Shown: positions 1-12,591, numbered from the stretch's first letter. The stretch: DNA of 64,000 nucleotides from Octopus sinensis (GCF_006345805.1 NC_043006.1:46500001-46564000); one strand, 5' to 3'. A program made the numbers and translations. The notes: generated by a model not told the origin, from the sequence alone.

Positions 1-1094
1 GTTTTAACTATTTTGTTGACTTTGAAAGAAACTAACATTTATAGACATTTATGCATATGCGTAACGCTCTTCGTGAAGGTTTTTTTTTTTTTTTTGCTTT
101 TGTCGTTCTCACATTTCTTAGGTAAAAATATCATTCTCGTAAAAATAAACAGTCCAAACAGTTTAAATAAAAACATAACATCCTTCTGCTGACATTCAGA
201 AATATTTTCGTATCTGCAGTTTACTATTCTGTCTTTTATCCTGTATATTACCTCTATTTTTATGACAGTAGATTAGTATTCTAGAAAGATCTTGATATTT
301 TTTCTTCCAAGTAAAATGATTGTATGGAGAAATTTCTGTAAGAATTGTAACAATCGCGTTGCTTGTGGTATTGGCTCTTGGTTCGCTTTGTGGTTTAGAA
401 CGACCGTGCGAAGGAAGGGTGACTAGACTGGCTCCTTTAATACATCGCACGGTCGATTACAATAAATGCGAAAAGGATAAATGTGTATGAGTGCCAGAAT
501 GAAAAGAGATACACAACCAGTAGAATGTTAAGAGAAGATTTTATTTATGTGTTAACATGTGTGTCTGTGTGTGCGTCATATATGCATAATAATAGGCAGG
601 CCGTCAAGTATTCAAAGTGTGTGTGCAAACATGGATGTATGCATGTGCTATAAGTACACAGCAATGAAGAGTTTATAATATGACGTTAGAAGAATGTTCA
701 GACACAAGGATGAATAAATAACAGTTCGTAGTCAAGATACACGATAGCTGAAGTTGTGGTGAAGAAGAAGAGCCGGTTGAGGCACATGTCATGCGTGAAG
801 CTGTGGCTACTATGCTCCTGCTGGTCACTTGATACAGGAAGTTCTCGCAGGTTTATTTACTGTTAATTATGGTGAAGTGATTCACGAACAGTGTTGCAAT
901 GATTCCTGAGCGAATGTTGCTGGTTGCTGTGTACGTAAAGAGAAGTTGTTGACGACGTTAAGATGAAGGCGACGGAGATGGAGATTGCAGTATGCTGTTG
1001 GACGATGGTTGAGCCTCCAACGTAGCTCTTGGTGTTGTCGCTGGAACTGGCTGTGTGCTCTGTGGTCAGTAGCTAGGTGTCAGAAGGTCTAGAA

Positions 1095-1262
1095 CCGAAA
1101 GACGAAATACGGTGTTGAAGCTAGTATTTTATAGCAAATTATCGGCTCACCGGAAGATTGGAAGAGACTTCTCACGTGACCTTATCAGAAGACTGCGATT
1201 GGTTGGGTTGCATATTGGCGCGTAATAGAGCAAGAGACAAAATGCACCAATGCCAACCAATC
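1095..1262 (-). promoter_or_regulatory. Putative Pol II promoter firing leftward (TATA box, five CCAAT boxes, E-box, ETS, GATA)
   Basis: Minus-strand TATAAAA at 1133-1127; CCAAT/ATTGG at 1157, 1198, 1214, 1247, 1257; TCACGTGAC at 1172-1180; CCGGAAG at 1150-1156; CTTATCA at 1181-1187; non-repetitive, GC-richer sequence follows (1095 down to about 720). No CDS found before the window edge. Confidence 0.55.
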
Positions 1263-1343
1263 GGAGTAGTGGATACAACAGGGTGCAAAAGAGCTACCGA
1301 AGGTTAGCTGTTATCAACTGCGTCTGTATTCATGTATATATAA

Positions 1344-1789
1344 GAGAGTGAGAGAGAGAGGGAGAGAGAGAGAGAGAGAGTCCACTACAGTGGTTTTATG
1401 ATGTAATTCAATGTTGATGATGATGATGATGATACGACAACATATGTAACTGACAAAGATGATGATGACGTATGTAGTTGATGATGATGATGATAATGAT
1501 GAGAAGGATGAGGATGATGATGATGCTGCTGCTGATAATGATGATGATAATGATGACAACGACGACGACGACGACGAGGACGACAATGATGATGGTGATG
1601 ATGATAATGATGGTGGTGGTGCTGCTGCTGCTGATGATGATACGACGACGTTACGTAATTGATGATGATGATGATGATAATGACGTATATAATTGATGAT
1701 GATGATCACAACGACAACGACGATGATGATGATGGTGAAGATAATGATGATAATGATGATGATGATGGTGCTTAGGCTGGTGATGATGG

Positions 1790-1821
<32 letters not shown>

Positions 1822-2300
1822 GTGATGATGGTGATGATGATGTTGACGTCAGTGCAAATGGTGGTTGTGTTCGGAGACGTATTTCAATTTATGTTTGCAT
1901 ATGCGATTGATGTTCTTCGTTTATGATAACACTCGAGTGATATTTGCGATGGTAACGAAAGGAGTGGTGGTGGTGGTGGTGGTGATGGTGGTGGTGGTGA
2001 TGGTGGTGCAGGGAATACTTGTATATCTAATTACTTTTACGTTCACTTTAATTACGCATGCTGTTTCGCTTGTAATGTTGTTTGCTGGATGCCATGACAG
2101 TGGTGATCGTGCTGATGCCTGATGTGGAAATTGCATTTCTTGTGACAGATTTAACCGCTATTATTGTATTATTATCAATAGCATTAGTATCACAAGAACT
2201 AATAATACATCAATTCTTACTGGTATCAACATCATCACAACTACTACTACTACTACTACTGCTACTACTACTACAACTACTACTACTACTGCTGCTACTT

Positions 2301-2341
<41 letters not shown>

Positions 2342-2360
2342 GCTGCTGCTGATGTTGCTT

Positions 2361-2415
<55 letters not shown>

Positions 2416-2430
2416 GCTTCTGCTGCTGCT
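1344..2430. repeat. Compound microsatellite block (AG)n, (GAT)n, (GGT)n, (CTA)n, (CTG)n
   Basis: Directly visible; explains the poly-M/D/L/S ORFs at 1314-2483. Confidence 0.95.
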
Positions 2431-2471
2431 CTGTTTTTGCTGTTAGTATTATCGTTATTATTCATATACAC

Positions 2472-3005
2472 TCAACAGATTAGACTGTTGGAAAAGAAAA
2501 GAATCCTAACATTGGGCTACAGCAAGTTGCCTTAGATGCCAAGAACCCACCTATTAGGTTACTGCAAGTTACCTTAGATGCCAAGACCCCTCCTAAGTAT
2601 CCTAGCTCTCCCTAGTAACACTGTTTCCTGCAGCTGTACTAAGCTATTTCTTTTTATCCATCTGTTCAGATCTTTAGAGATAGTTCCCAATGCACCTATA
2701 ACTACTGGGATAAGTTTTACCCACACTTTCCATAGTCTCTGTAATTCAATGTCTAGGTCCTGGTACTTTGCTATTTTTCCTATACTTCGCATACTAATTT
2801 TTTCATCATTTGAAACTGTAAAGTAAATTATCTGGCGCTTTCTATTTTCTTATTTCCTACTACAAAATCAGTCTGTATGTTAAAGTCTCACAAAATCTTG
2901 TACTTCTTCCTTTCTAGTACTTTACTAGGTTCATGTTCATACCATCATTAATCAGTATGCTCAAATCCTTGCTTTCTACAAAGTTCCCAGTGGATTGCTC
3001 TGCCT
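2472..3005 (-). mobile_element. 5'-truncated R4/Dong-like RLE non-LTR retrotransposon 3' fragment
   Basis: Minus translation with stops/frameshifts: GRAIHWELCRKQGF..WYEHEPSKVLE..KIL*DFNIQTD..KIAKYQDLDIELQRLWKV..IPVVIGALG..LQETVLLGRARILRRGLGI*, the characteristic C-terminus of RLE-clade ORFs. The stop-codon region is duplicated (about 2522-2548 vs 2565-2590). Confidence 0.85.
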
Positions 3006-3006
3006 A

Positions 3007-3051
<45 letters not shown>

Positions 3052-3167
3052 GATTATTATTATTGTTGTTCTTGTTATTATTGTTGTTATTATTATTATT
3101 ATTGTTGTTGTTCTTGTTATTATTGTTATTATTATTATTGTTGTTGTTCTTGTTATTATTGTTATTA

Positions 3168-3198
<31 letters not shown>

Positions 3199-3320
3199 GT
3201 TGTTGTTATTATTATTGTTATTATTATAATTATTATTATTATTGTTATCATCATCATCATCATCATCATTATTATTAGTATTAGTAGTAGTATTATTAGT
3301 TGTGGTAGTAATGAATAGTA
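3006..3320. repeat. (ATT)n/(GTT)n/(ATC)n microsatellite
   Basis: Directly visible. Confidence 0.95.
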
Positions 3321-4170
3321 ATGGTTGAAGATGGTTGTGAGTATGATAATTGACGTTTCGTTCTTGGGAAGTATATGTATAGGCGATGGTGTTGATGGTT
3401 CGTTGCTAATAATGATGGTGATGTTGACATTAATTTGAACTTAATTGTAGTAGACGTAACTATATGAAGGCTAGTCTTTTGAGTATTGAATCTTAAATGA
3501 ATTTCTCTTAATGATCAAAATATTATTACATTTCTATAACAATTGATAAAAAAATATATATACCAATAGCTTAGTTTGAACTTCAACAGAAACGAAAAAC
3601 AGTAATTTTTAAAGTTGAACAAATACATATATGTAAAATATTTTTTAAGTAAATGATTGCAGACTTAATGAAAAGTGATGTGATTTTCTTGTGTATATAT
3701 ATGAAAATTGAAAACCGGTATATTGGCGGAAACGTTAGCGTGACAAGCTCTACGCATTTTAAATATGTAGATCATCTCTTTACATTCAGAATAAAAATTA
3801 TGCATTTACACATCGTTTACACATAACGGAGATAATACAACTGACAGTAAGTGCTGTGTTGGTGATATTTTCGATTTAATCGGGAAGATTCTATCTCATT
3901 TGGCACAAAATATAATGTAGTTTAAGCATTTGTTTTAGGGTGTTACTGTTTGGAAAATATGGTAAAGCGCTGTGGTATGTAGTAAACTGTATACACAGTT
4001 CATTGGACGTTCAGTATAGTAATTCTTAAAATTAAGGCGACAAGGCGAGCCTTTCATCCTTTAGGAGGTAGATAAATTAAGTACCAGTGGCGTACTGGTG
4101 TCGATCTAATCGACTGACCCCCACCCCAAAATTTCGAGCCTTGTGTCGAGAGGAGAAAAGAATCTTAAAT

Positions 4171-4382
4171 GCGGTGAGCTAGCGGAGACATTAGCACGCC
4201 GAGCGAAATGCTTAGCGGTATTTCGTCTGACGGTACGTTCTGAGTTCAAATTCCACCGAGGTCAACTTTGCCTTTTATCCTTCGTGGTCGATAAGTTAAA
4301 TACCAGTTGTGTACTGGAGTCGATCTAAAAGACTGGTCCCTCCCCACAAATTTCGGGCCTTGTGCCGAGAGTAGAAATGTAA
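4171..4382 (+). mobile_element. tRNA-derived SINE family A (a partial copy precedes it at about 4040-4150)
   Basis: Head gcggtgagctagcggagacattagc with B-box-like gagttcaaattcc; body gtcaactttgcctttt..gtcgatctaa; matches the many family A copies in the window. Confidence 0.85.
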
Positions 4383-4769
4383 TTCCTAAAACCCCATCCA
4401 GCTGGAAATTCATATAAATTTTACTTGAATCATTTCGGTAATAAATACCAGTCATGTACGTTTACCTTATACAGAATTTGTGTACGAGCTAATTTAGAGG
4501 CGTTGATCAGTTCAGATAAGATTGTGACGTCTTTAAAACGAAAAAACATAAGGACTTACGTAGTCATCAACAATTCGCGGTTCATATTTAGAACGGAACG
4601 TGTATTACTGGTTTGCACATTGTGTGTAACCCTGGCAATTAAACAAAAACAACGACGACATCAGAAACAACATCAACACCAACAACAATAATAACTACGT
4701 TATTTGATTCTGCCAAGCTACCATAATGAAGATCGAGACGTATTTTACAAACGGAAACAGCAATAGTTC

Positions 4770-5130
4770 TCTAGATTCATTATGGTTTAACTTTCCATTA
4801 CGATACAGGCTTGAAGTTCCTCTATATGCCTTAAGTTCGTAATGGAAAGCCATTTAAGTATATTCTCGATAAGTGTTACTGAAATCAATTGTGGTGGTAT
4901 GTCAGGAGTTTAACGCTTTATAAATGTTATATTATATGAGTGTTACAGCTTTAAAGGCAATTAATGCTAACAAGCAACCTTAGTCGGATCATACTATATT
5001 TCATCATCAACAGAAACTCAGTGAATTACTAGTTTGTGTTATACCTCATATTATCGTTAGGAATCTAGACTCTTCGAGCAAATGTTAACTCGTACACGAA
5101 TTCTGTATAAGGTAAACGTACATGACTGGT
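4770..5130 (+). repeat. About 360-bp segment duplicated in inverted orientation at 7960-8325
   Basis: The reverse complement of 7960-8325 aligns along its length; internal perfect 13-bp inverted repeat ctttccattacga (4791-4803) / tcgtaatggaaag (4837-4849). Confidence 0.85.
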
Positions 5131-5192
5131 ATTTATTACCGAAATAATTTAAGTAAATTTTACATGAATATCCAGCTGGATGGAGTTTTAAG

Positions 5193-5450
5193 AATTACAT
5201 TTCTACTCTCGGCACAAGGCCCGAAATTTTGGGGGAGGGTTTCAGTCGATTAGATCGACTCCAGCACACAACTGGTATTTAATTTATCGATCCCAAAGGA
5301 TGAAAGGCAAAGTCGACCTCGGCGGAATTTGAACTCAGAATGTAAAGACAGACGAAATACCTATTTCTTTACTACTCACAAAGGGTTAAACGCAGAGGGA
5401 ACAGACAAGGACAGACAAACTGATTAAGTCGATTATATCGACCCCATTGC
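5193..5450 (-). mobile_element. SINE family A (part of the right arm of an inverted duplication with 4171-4497)
   Basis: Reverse complement of family A; shares diagnostic aaataccagttgtgt and the adjacent unique flank with the 4171 copy. Confidence 0.85.
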
Positions 5451-5512
5451 GTCAAATTATTTATTTACCAATAATAAATCTCTGAACGAAGTATAAACAG
5501 TAACTGCACGAC

Positions 5513-6116
5513 ATCGTGAAGTACATTTTCCACTTAAATGTGGCTAACCCTTAAGGGTGGATGCTACTGTAGCTTGTAGGTCCAGGAGAACACCTCCTCC
5601 AGCTGGCTATTGACACACTTTCTGTGCCCTATCAGTATTTGCAAAGGGAAGCCATCCTTCCCATCTTCAACCTGTATGATATACACGCACTCGAGTTTCT
5701 GGGTATTGACCCGTCATCAGCGTGTGACAATCACCGGTTGTCAATGAAAAATAATTCCTTTTGCAAATATCTATCCATTTTATAGTGACAAAAGTCACTG
5801 ATATCGAAAAAGTGTAAACAAGCAATAATAAATCTATGAGCGAGGTATACACAGTAGCTTCACGATATCGCGAAGTATATTTTCCACTTAAATGTGGCTA
5901 ACCCTGGATCGTTTCTGGGTCAATACCTAGAAAATCGAGTCCGTGTTTATCATACAGGTTGCAGATGGGAAGGATGGATTCCCTTTCCAAATACTGATAG
6001 GACGCAGAAATTGTGTCAATAGCCAGCTGGAGGAGATGTCCTCCTGAGGCTACAAGCTACAGTAGCATCGACTCTTAAGGGTTAGCCACATTCAAGTAGC
6101 AATTATACTTCACGAT
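5513..6116. mobile_element. Penelope-like pseudo-LTR remnant with about 200-bp inverted arms (5513-5712 / 5915-6116)
   Basis: The arms align as reverse complements; a short third copy lies at 5866-5905; both arms carry hammerhead sequence. The PLE assignment is inferred from the hammerhead plus inverted arrangement. Confidence 0.6.
5683..5725 (-). ncRNA. Type I minimal hammerhead ribozyme motif (family HH-a), N17=G
   Basis: Minus strand: acacg CTGATGA c gggt caat accc a GAA ACTCGAGT G cgtgt. Stem I acacg/cgtgt, stem II gggt/accc, palindromic stem III. The sister arm at 5916-5946 (+) has the 3' half with a GTC triplet. Confidence 0.75.
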
Positions 6117-6992
6117 TTAAAGAGAAAAGTGAAAGGAGACACAACGCTGCTTTCATCCAGCAAACTTTATGAATCGTGAGTGAAAACTGATTTGAGTAGA
6201 TAATCAGGATTATTCTAATTCGGTGTGTGTCGCTTGGCAGCAAGAATTAGAAGAGAGCATTTGTTTTTGATGTGTCAGAGTAATAATAAAGATTTCTGCT
6301 TGTTGACTGGTAGTGGTACGCGTATCATTTTATGTGCGTGAATCCCTCCATTTTAAAAATCCTTTCTTGTTCCTCTATTCTGTTTCTATTGATTCGTGTT
6401 TATTGCTGTCTATTTGTATTTTCATTTATTGGTATTTATTGCTCTTGTTAACGATATGAACATCACTATCATCGTAATAACAATAATAATGATGATGATG
6501 ATAATAACAGTAATAATCCTGTTGTTATTATTATCGTTAATAATATTATCAGAATTATTATCGTCATCATCATTATCCGTATACAAGTGCTATTACATGC
6601 CAACTTAATTAGCAGTGATGTTATACAGGCGTTTGATGACAACAAGTCTCCAAAAATTTCAAGAACCTCTCTTAGCATTATTCTTGAATACATGATAGCA
6701 TTTTTTAATTTCAACATCTTTCAACCTTTTAGATATCAGTTTGTATATTGTGTCACGTGAACCAGTTACCATAGAAACAATTGTCATCATTGTTTCCTAC
6801 AGCTTCTTATTGTCCAGGCTTAGGTTCTAATACTTCTCAGTGTTCTCAATGTCCTTGGTGTCTTGTCCTTGATCACACGAGATTGTCAATATTCTCATCC
6901 TGTTCTTTTTTATTTCTTTGATCACATCTAAACTCCTCACTTCACTCGACGTGAAAAATATCGCATAAATATCTGTAACCCTCTTTGACCAG

Positions 6993-7310
6993 TGAAAGTG
7001 CGTGGCTCACTGTTTGGAACGCTGGGCCCACAGTCATGAGGTGGTGAGTTCGATTCCCGGACCGGGCTGTGTGTTGTGTTCTTCGGCAAGACACTTTATT
7101 TAACATTACTCCAGTTCACTCAGCTGTAGAAATGCGTTGCGACGTCACTGGTGTATCGATCTTTGCCTTCCATTGGATGACATCGGTGGTGTGGAAAGGA
7201 GAGGCTGTTGCGCATGGGCGACTCCTGGTCTTCCATAAACAACCTTGTCTGGGCTCTTGCCTTGAAAGGTAATTTTCTAGGTGCAACCCATAGTCATTCA
7301 TGACCGAATG
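6993..7310 (+). mobile_element. tRNA-derived SINE family B, tail 1
   Basis: Head with gagttcgattccc B box, core ggcaagacactttattt..cagctgtagaaatg; collinear with 54738-55070 and 57250-57585. Confidence 0.85.
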
Positions 7311-7498
7311 TAGTCTCCACCCTTTATATTTGACCATGAGAATTTTTGGCTAGTTTTCATATCATTTTTCAGTCACTTCAAATCCACTGACTTAGCTAAC
7401 AGCCCAATGCACTATTTTACCGTGTGAGTCAACAAATCATTTCCAGTTGCTGTTTCTTCACATGCAGCATCCTCAGTGCGTTACAGGAAATGGATGTG

Positions 7499-7561
<63 letters not shown>

Positions 7562-7875
7562 AGCTATTTTCCTGTTGTTTTCTTTCTATTCTTGAAATCT
7601 CTAAGTTCCAGGAATTTCGATTTTTCTAGCTGCGACTAACAGTCATTTCTCACAATGTGCAACATTGATTTTCAAATCCAAAACATCATCACTAGTATCC
7701 ATTTTGCATTTAAAACAATTCTACCATTCTTCCCTTCTTGGTCAATAATACTTTATGGTTTTGCGCGTTATGCATTGTATCAAATGCTCCTCTTATTTTA
7801 TTCAATTCTTGCGGCTGTCTTGGTCCAATTTATAGAAAAGGAGCAGGTTATCATCATCACCATCGTCATTATTAC

Positions 7876-7925
<50 letters not shown>

Positions 7926-7959
7926 GTTTGACTTTTGCTTTCTATCTGTACAAATGACT

Positions 7960-8325
7960 CATACCAGTCATGTACGTTTACCTTATACAGAATTCGTGTA
8001 CGGGTTAACGTTTGCTCGAAAGGTCTAGATTCCTAACGATAAAACGAGGTATGACATAAACTAGTGATTCACTAAATTTCTGTTGATGATACAGTATAGT
8101 ATGATCAGACTAAAGTAGCTTATTAGCATTAATTGCCTTTAAAGCTGTAACACTCGTATAGTATAACATTATAAAGCGTTAAACTGCTGACATACCACCA
8201 CAATTGATTTCAGTAACACTTGTCGAGAATATACTTAAATGGCTTTCCATTACGAACTTAAGGCATATAGAGGAACTTCAAGCCTCTATCGTAATGGAAA
8301 GTTAAACCATAATGAATCTACAGAA
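7960..8325 (-). repeat. Inverted copy of 4770-5130
   Basis: Direct alignment by eye. Confidence 0.85.
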
Positions 8326-8885
8326 GTTGTCAGCTGGGCATGCTATATCTATGATCCAGTATAGTTTGTTTTCTTTCTCAATTAAGACTATGTATGGCTT
8401 CCTATTTCTATCACATGGTCACACGGAATCATAAAATCCCATTGGATGTTTGCATTTTCATTTTCGACGATGCCTTCAGGTTTGTGGCCGTACCAATGTT
8501 TTGCTCTGTCAAGTCCATACTGGTTGCAAAGTGTCCAACGGACAAGCCTGGCTATATTGTCGTGGCGTCTCTTATATTCCTTCTGGGCTAGTGCCGTACA
8601 TTGGCTGGTAATATACCATACGGTTTCACCGTTTTGTCCACAGATTCTGCACTTATCTCTTTCTGCTATGTTGTCTACTCTGTATTATATGTAGTTTCTT
8701 CTTAGTGCTTGTTCCTGGGCAGCACAGATTAGAGCCTCCGTTTCTGGTTTTGAATCACTTTTAGTCATTCACAGCCATCTTTTTTCTCTGTCTGTCTTAT
8801 CTTCAACATCTCTTTGAAATTGACCGTGCATTCTTTTCTTTACCCAACTATTTTCAGTTTCATTCGTTTTCAATTTCTTGTAAGT
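8326..8885 (-). mobile_element. R4/Dong-like RLE LINE fragment (CCHC zinc knuckle to endonuclease start)
   Basis: Minus translation: WVKKRMHGQF..ETEALICAAQEQALR..KCRICGQNGETVWYITSQC..YKRRHDNIARLV.W.LC..WYGHKPEGIVENE..WDF..KPYIVL..IIDIACP; several stops/frameshifts. Confidence 0.9.
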
Positions 8886-9599
8886 TTATTAATCCCCACT
8901 CTACCATCAAAGTAATATGTATCCAGACTTTCCGATAGAAACTGAAATTGAAGTCAAACTACAAAACTGTAATTATAACTTCACTTTTCATTTAAGGAAA
9001 TTTTAAGAAATTGAAAACTATTTTTGTTTCAGATCTGATCTATTATTTTAGTAAGTGAAACTAAAAATTGTCAATGTAATATAACAATATATCAGGTAGA
9101 AATCACTATTATCAATTAAAAGTATCAAATTGATAAATATTTCAAACAGAAAATGACTGAAACATGGAAATAATAATGAAAATTATCAGTTGTATATGAC
9201 ATGTCTACAGCAAAGCAACTACGTTATTTCGTGCACAGCTTTGCAAGTAATTTTTTTTTCCGAGTCTACTTTGTGTCATATAACGTCACAATACATCTGC
9301 AGGCGAAGTTTTCATTAGCTAATTAGAGAAACACGCAAATTAATACAAAAACACACAGACACATAGAGACACATACGTATTGGGTATTCAGTATATACCT
9401 CTCTCTATGTGTATGGATGTATATAAACATGTATGTGTGGAGGAAAATACTTGGCGTTTTCATCAGTATTTGCTGATGTAACAGTATATAAATAGTTAAA
9501 GATTTTAAATAAATCTAAAATGTGAGAATTATAAAAACGTTGAAACCAACTGAATTCCAACTTTGTTGTAAAAAAATACATATCAGTCTATTGCCATTA

Positions 9600-9859
9600 G
9601 TGATATATATATATAAATGTATATATATATATTATAATTATATATATATAATATATATATATATATACATATATACATACATATAATATATATATATATA
9701 TATTATATATATATATACATATATATATACATTATTATATATATACATATATATATACATATATATATATATACATATATACATATATAAATATATATAC
9801 ATATATATATACATATACATAATATATAACATATATACATATATACATATATATACAAA

Positions 9860-9891
<32 letters not shown>

Positions 9892-9892
9892 C

Positions 9893-9925
<33 letters not shown>

Positions 9926-10092
9926 CATATATACATATATACACACATATATATATATATATCACCGTCATCACCGTGACCGACGAGGCTATCAGATGTT
10001 GCTAACATCACTAGTCACAATGCGCTTCGCATTGTTTTTAGCCTTGTAATGACGCCACACCGCTGGCTAAGCGAGCAAGCCAATATATATAA

Positions 10093-10160
<68 letters not shown>

Positions 10161-10170
10161 TATATATATG
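9600..10170. repeat. (AT)n/(ATAC)n microsatellite tracts
   Basis: Directly visible; a short non-repetitive insert lies at about 9960-10080. Confidence 0.95.
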
Positions 10171-10227
10171 TATAGTTAATCCAAGCATGAAAGCACAAAA
10201 ATAACACACAACGCGATGACGTGGAAC

Positions 10228-10280
<53 letters not shown>

Positions 10281-10300
10281 CATATATGTGTGTGTGTTGT

Positions 10301-10785
<485 letters not shown>

Positions 10786-11648
10786 AATATATATATATAT
10801 ACACACATACACAGATATAATGTTTTGATAAGCAAGGCGAATAGGAAAATACATTTTATCGAGTCAAGAAGGGAGAAATTTTATGTTCACATCCACTGCA
10901 ACTATTTCTTAAGTGTTTTTGCACAACTTTATTCTGCACCGCGTACGTTTTCGCCCTTTAGGGAATAATAACCAATCTTTTATCACAAATACTAATCGCT
11001 ACGTAAATAATATCAGAACATTCCAAGCTGTTTGAATTTATTCATCACACGTGTGAGATGACTAGATAAATATTTAAACACTTTGTATAATTATTACGGA
11101 CGCTAAAGAACATTTTAAAATAGAATTTATGTTGTAAATTTCGAAACAGCGACCTACATTCGTTATCTTCAGTTTGATATCGCGATATTGCTTTGTTATT
11201 CATGTGTCATTATTAGCTGGCATTAAACTGCAGATGTTTAAACGATTTTACAGGAAGCACTGAGATTATCTTTTAGTTCCAGTGACTAAACTTAGAGAAA
11301 TCTTATGTTCATCTAAGTTCTAATATAGTCATTTAAAACAGTTTTACAATTGTATCTAATATCGACACACGGCCTGGCATTTAATGCGAAGATAACAGAG
11401 ATTTCAACTAATAAAATGAAGTTCTCTACCACTTTCAGTACGTTGCTTTTGTACATCCCGTTGAGAGTATCTTAAAATTAGCATGGCCGAGATTTAATAT
11501 CATAGCATAAAGAACCGAAGTATATGTCGTAATCATTTTTGACGCTCTAAACATTCCTTCTATTATACTAGTATATTCTTTTATTCTGTTATACCTTTAA
11601 GCTCTAAGGATGTGGCCATGCTGGAGTACTACCAATAGAGTGTGAGAT

Positions 11649-11766
11649 GCCTACAGCAACTAAGTTTCCAAAGCAGTCACCCATCTAAGGATTAACTAGG
11701 CTTGATGTTGCTTAGCTTCGGTAGTCGTACGAGCACTGTTACATCCAACGTGTTATGGCCTTACGT
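11649..11766 (-). pseudogene. Degenerate 5S rRNA copy
   Basis: Minus strand ..ggccataacacgttggatg..ctcgtacgactaccgaagctaagcaac..ttagatgggtgactgc..tgctgtaggc is collinear with eukaryotic 5S (118 nt, box A and box C remnants). It has many substitutions and no oligo-T terminator. Confidence 0.85.
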
Positions 11767-11897
11767 TTAATGGAGATTTTTGAGATAGATTCAAGGAAAA
11801 TAGCGTTTGAATGAGTGAACGATCCATTGTATTTATAAACTTGAGCATGGGACTTTTACCTATTTATTTATCTATGAAGAATGAAAAGAATGTTCTA

Positions 11898-12591
11898 GGA
11901 TCTTTACCTTTTGCCCGACAGATTTAAAAAAAATAATTTTTTGTAACTAAACACTTTTAAACTTCGGACACTGGTAGAATGTGTCATATAAAACATCTTT
12001 TACTCTTAGCATTTTTGAGAAAAAACTTATATTTACGAAGTTATTTCACGTTAAAGTTGTCCTATTTCGGTAATTTCAACCAATCAATGACATACATCCA
12101 GCTGAATAAAATTACTGCCGTTGTTTGTCAACAACTATCGGCGGTGTATTTTTCGTTTCTCACTGTTACTTATGACATCGTTTGTGTGTTTGCACTGGTT
12201 TTAGCTTTAAGGTTTTAGGGTTAGGGTTGTGGGGTTAGGGTTAGGGTTTTAGGTTTAGGGTGTTAGGGTTAGAGTTAAGGTTTTAGGGTTAGAGTTAGGG
12301 TTAGGATTAGCGTTGTCATAAATAACAGTGACAAGCAAAATATACACCGCCGGAAGTTCTTGTTGACAAACAACAGCAGTAATTTTATTCAGCTGAATAC
12401 ACGTCATTGATTGGTTGAAATTATCGAAATAGGACAACTTCAACGTGAAATAACTTCCTAAATATAAGCTTTTCTCAAAAACGCTAAGAGTAAAAGATTT
12501 TGTATGACACATTCTACCAGTGTCCGAAGTTTGAAAGTATTCAGCTACAAAACATTATTTTTAAAATCTGTCGGTCAAAAGGTAAAGATCC
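11898..12591. mobile_element. Foldback element, about 280-bp inverted arms around a degenerate (TTAGGG)n spacer
   Basis: Arms 11898-12180 and 12311-12591 (termini ggatctttacc / ggtaaagatcc); no clear TSD; appears to interrupt an old family A SINE remnant. Confidence 0.85.
12198..12311 (+). repeat. Interstitial telomere-type repeat (TTAGGG and variants)
   Basis: ttagggttaggg with ttagag, ttaagg and tttagg variants. Confidence 0.9.

Noticed and set aside
196-450. 84-aa minus ORF downstream of the putative promoter
   Set aside because: No recognisable domain; treated at most as an upstream ORF.
320-490. Plus-strand frame with signal-peptide-like IVTIALLVVLALGSLCGLERPC and several Cys
   Set aside because: No in-frame Met or usable splice entry, and it is antisense to the promoter-predicted transcript.
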